This document shows positions 61,038 through 64,000 of a stretch of DNA of 64,000 nucleotides, in pieces (position 1 is the first letter of the stretch; each line of letters starts with the position of its first letter). Location of the stretch: positions 640,001-704,000 of the forward strand of contig OX638351.1 of assembly GCA_951813565.1 (NCBI GenBank), written 5' to 3'. The DNA is from an uncultured Poribacteria bacterium (GTDB lineage: Bacteria > Poribacteria > WGA-4E > WGA-3G). Below the pieces are notes generated by a model. The model saw nothing but the letters and a program-made list of their open reading frames with translations. It ran no database searches and had not been told where the DNA came from. The position numbers were made by a program, and so were the translations under genes.

Positions 61038-61096
61038 AGATGTTAAAATACGATTAGTCTCATTACCGAAGAACTAATCACAAAGGAGAGAACGGT

Positions 61097-62044
61097 ATGG
61101 CATATCTGCTCACCGGTGGCATGGGATGCATCGGCACTTACGTGATTCGCGACCTATTAGCCGCTGGTGAAAAAGTGGTCGTTTACGACTTTGCTTACGA
61201 TCTAACAATTCCAAAGATGGTGCTCACGGATGCGCAAATTGAAAGTCTCACTTTTGTGCAAGGGGACATTACCGACTTACCCCATGTCTTACGCACTATT
61301 CAAGAATATGAGATTAAACGAGTAATCCACCTTGCTTCGTGGCAAGTGCCTGCATGCAATGCGAATCCGCCACAGGCGTTGAAAGTTGTGTGTGAAGGAA
61401 CAATTAATATACTGGAAGCTGCGCGCATTTTCAATCTTAAACGCGTTGTGTGGGCAAGTAGCGTGGCGGTTTTTGGTGCGCCAGAGGATTATAACCATCA
61501 ACAGATTCTGAACGATGCCCCGCACTATCCTAAATTTATCTATGGCGCATGCAAATCTCTCAACGAAAGATATGCGATGCACTATTTTGATGCTTACGGT
61601 GTCGATTCAATCGGACTTCGGTTTACAGCGGTGTATGGGGTGGGTAGAACACGAGGAATGAGTTCGTTCACGACTAAAATGATTGAAGCAGTTGCGATGG
61701 GAGAACCGCACTTGTGCCCGTTCGGTGACGATTCGGTGGATTGGCAGTATGTAGAAGATGTCTCAAGTTCGATTGTGATGGCTTGCACTTGTCCGACAAC
61801 AAAGACGCGAGTCTTTAATGTCAAGGGAGGTATCCGTCCCGTGAAAGAGGGTGTAGCGTATCTGAAAACTTTGGTGCCAGATGCACAAATTACGTTGGAA
61901 CCGGGGGTGTTCGGAATCTCGTGGGATTATGACGCAACGTCTATCGCTGAGGAGATGGGATTTACACCTGCCTATACAATGGAGCAAGGAATTTTAAAAA
62001 CATATAATAAGTTTCGAGAACGCGCTGGATTGGAACAAATTTAA
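61097..62044 (+). CDS. NAD-dependent epimerase/dehydratase (extended SDR)
   Basis: TGGMGCIG, ASSVAVFG, YGACK. Confidence 0.92.
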   Translation: MAYLLTGGMGCIGTYVIRDLLAAGEKVVVYDFAYDLTIPKMVLTDAQIESLTFVQGDITDLPHVLRTIQEYEIKRVIHLASWQVPACNANPPQALKVVCEGTINILEAARIFNLKRVVWASSVAVFGAPEDYNHQQILNDAPHYPKFIYGACKSLNERYAMHYFDAYGVDSIGLRFTAVYGVGRTRGMSSFTTKMIEAVAMGEPHLCPFGDDSVDWQYVEDVSSSIVMACTCPTTKTRVFNVKGGIRPVKEGVAYLKTLVPDAQITLEPGVFGISWDYDATSIAEEMGFTPAYTMEQGILKTYNKFRERAGLEQI

Positions 62045-62048
62045 AAGT

Positions 62049-62072
62049 AAGGGCAGAATACATTCTGCCCTT
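62049..62072. terminator. Hairpin between convergent genes
   Basis: AAGGGCAGAAT-AC-ATTCTGCCCTT. Confidence 0.6.
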
Positions 62073-62110
62073 TAACATGAAAGAACGTATATGTTGTGTG
62101 CTCTTATAAA

Positions 62111-62812
62111 TTAGTAGTACTTTTTCATCTGTGCCCAGCTGACAGCCAACTTCCCACGGGCATCAACTGCAAGCACCTGATCCCACGGTATATTCTCTCC
62201 CTTGGCATCCGCCTGATGCACATCGTCAAAGTTTGGATGTCCCCAACCGCCACTGCTTTTATCAATGACGACAAGTTGGGCAGTTTTACGTTTCAAATCA
62301 GAAACATCCCACTCTTTCCGTTTCATGGTTTCATGACTTTCACCGGTTATAGTTCGTTCAACTTTGCCATTAATTACAAGGTTAACACAACACGGCTCAG
62401 CAGTACCCCAAGCACGGTTACCACCGCCGATGAGAAAATTCATTGTTTCGCCGACAATTGTGAACTCAATTGAGGTAAGGGTGCCTTGAGGGGCATCAGG
62501 TGCAACATTACCATTTGCATCTTGCTGCATATCACCTGCTTTCTGCCCCAGTTTTGCTCCTTTGTCCGGTCCTTGATACCTTTCAGCTAAGCCAAGCCAC
62601 CAATCCCCTTGGTGATTAGAGGGCTGGCCGCGGTTCCGTGCTGTTGGGTTATCTCCCCAAGTTGGTTGAAAATCAAATGCATCTCCTGTTTTTTCTTCCC
62701 AATCTGTTAGGTCCCCTGTCTCAAAATCGTTGTTGAAAGCGCGGGCGAAAACGAAGTTAACAGACAGAATGACTAGGAAGAAAATCATGAGTGAAAAAAC
62801 ATTTTTTTTCAT
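62111..62812 (-). CDS. Secreted beta-sandwich protein with C-terminal AVDARGKLAVSW motif (start at MKKNVF)
   Basis: Signal peptide; NNDFETGDLTDW, GTLTSIEF, FLIGGG, GGWGH. Confidence 0.8.
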   Translation of the reverse strand: MKKNVFSLMIFFLVILSVNFVFARAFNNDFETGDLTDWEEKTGDAFDFQPTWGDNPTARNRGQPSNHQGDWWLGLAERYQGPDKGAKLGQKAGDMQQDANGNVAPDAPQGTLTSIEFTIVGETMNFLIGGGNRAWGTAEPCCVNLVINGKVERTITGESHETMKRKEWDVSDLKRKTAQLVVIDKSSGGWGHPNFDDVHQADAKGENIPWDQVLAVDARGKLAVSWAQMKKYY

Positions 62813-62889
62813 TTGATATATCTCCTTTAGTTTGTAAAGCAAGAAATTGTGTAATATACTCACAAGTATAAACGAATTGACACAAGTTG

Positions 62890-63585
62890 CTATCTGTAAT
62901 ACTTTTTCATCTGTGCCCAGCTGACAGCTAATTTTCCGCGCGCTTCAACGGCAGTTGCCTGTCCCCATGGAATATTTTCACCACTACTATCAGCTTGATG
63001 CACATCGTCAAAGTTTGGATGTCCCCAGCCGCCACTACTGCTATCAATAACAACAAGTTGTGCGGTTTTGCCCTTCAGGTCGGAAACATCCCACTCTCTC
63101 CGGGTCATGGTTTCTGTGTTACTACCGGTCATTGTACGTTCAACTTCACCATCAATTACAAGATTGACACAACAAGGTTCAGCAGTACCCCAAGCACGAT
63201 TACCGCCCCCCATAAGAAAATTCATCGATTGACCAACAATTACAAATTCAATGGAGGTTAACGTGCCTTGAGGGGCATCTACACCGTCTGCAAGATCACC
63301 TGGGTTTTGCCCTAATGCCGCACCTTTTTCCGGCCCTTGGTACTTTTCAGCTAAGCCAAGCCACCAATCACCCTGATGTTGAGAAGGCTGCCCACGGTTT
63401 CGTGCTGTTGGGTTATCTCCCCAAGTTGGTTGAAAATCAAACGCTGTTCCTGTTTTCTCCCAATCTGTTAGGTCACCTGTCTCAAAATCGTTGTTAAATG
63501 TTCGCGCTAAAGCGGGATTAACAGGTAGGAGGAACAGAACTGTGAGCATGGAGAGAATTGTGAGTGAGAAAATCAATTTTTTCAT
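62890..63585 (-). CDS. Close paralog of the preceding secreted protein
   Basis: Nearly colinear and highly similar; ends AVEARGKLAVSWAQMKKYYR. Confidence 0.85.
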   Translation of the reverse strand: MKKLIFSLTILSMLTVLFLLPVNPALARTFNNDFETGDLTDWEKTGTAFDFQPTWGDNPTARNRGQPSQHQGDWWLGLAEKYQGPEKGAALGQNPGDLADGVDAPQGTLTSIEFVIVGQSMNFLMGGGNRAWGTAEPCCVNLVIDGEVERTMTGSNTETMTRREWDVSDLKGKTAQLVVIDSSSGGWGHPNFDDVHQADSSGENIPWGQATAVEARGKLAVSWAQMKKYYR

Positions 63586-63788
63586 CTGATATCTCCTTCA
63601 GTTAGGTAATACGAAAATATCGAAACGTTCTACTTTTCATAGATTTTGCAATTACAAACAAGTTAATTTTATCCGTGCTTACTAAACACATTATAGAAAT
63701 GATATATCTTTAGCAAAACTATGTCAAGAAAATTCTGGATTCTTGCTATGATGGAATTGGCAGCCCAAGCATTTCTATAAGAAAAGAA

Positions 63789-64000
63789 TTAAACGAACCC
63801 TCTCACAAAAATTAATCCGATGACACAAATAATCGCTGTCAAGGTGCGTTTTTCACTTTTGAAGGCACGTTCCCAAGAAAAATCGTGCACAGATGGAGAA
63901 GAATAGGGACGAAAATAGGGAAGGAAGCGCGGCACTTGTTCCTGATATGTTTGATAGACGGAACCGCATGATTCCAATAAATAGGTTTCTTCTACTACGA
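63789..64000 (-). CDS. ICMT/PEMT-family membrane methyltransferase, C-terminal part only
   Basis: Frame open to the window edge: VVEETYLLESCGSVYQTYQEQVPRFLP matches EExxL...G..Y..Y...VPRF.P. Confidence 0.7.
   Translation of the reverse strand, partial: VVEETYLLESCGSVYQTYQEQVPRFLPYFRPYSSPSVHDFSWERAFKSEKRTLTAIICVIGLIFVRGFV

Overview
A 64-kb bacterial chromosomal segment. It most likely comes from Candidatus Poribacteria; this is an inference from the secreted proteins ending in AV(E/D)xxGKLxxxWxxxK. Housekeeping content: tRNA-Glu, tRNA-Lys, purA, rplM-rpsI, kdsB-pyrG. Other genes: a hicAB toxin-antitoxin pair, a selenocysteine formate dehydrogenase alpha subunit (in-frame UGA plus SECIS, split into two ORFs by the ORF track), TRAP/BMP/SSS/ZIP transporters, two LarA-family enzymes, two methyltransferases, two TonB-dependent receptors, a gamma-glutamyltransferase, a 1563-aa surface protein and two decayed IS elements, one inserted in the terminal repeat of the other. 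Two things stand out. (1) The intergenic DNA holds a layered set of repeats: MITEs with target-site duplications, GTAG-type REP hairpins inside them, and a family of 34-36 nt 'hairpin + GTTGATTTG' mini-elements. These mini-elements sit precisely inside REP hairpins, mostly at C|G junctions, and inside each other, up to about 5 layers deep; hairpin and REP sequence also occurs in frame within two genes. (2) An ECF sigma factor locus has a repeated bipartite promoter-like motif (TGTAACC-N15-CATTCTTA), followed by three paralogous unknown HxGFxL-repeat proteins, three FdxA-type ferredoxins, a TlpA-like protein and a polyferredoxin. No CRISPR array or rRNA was seen.
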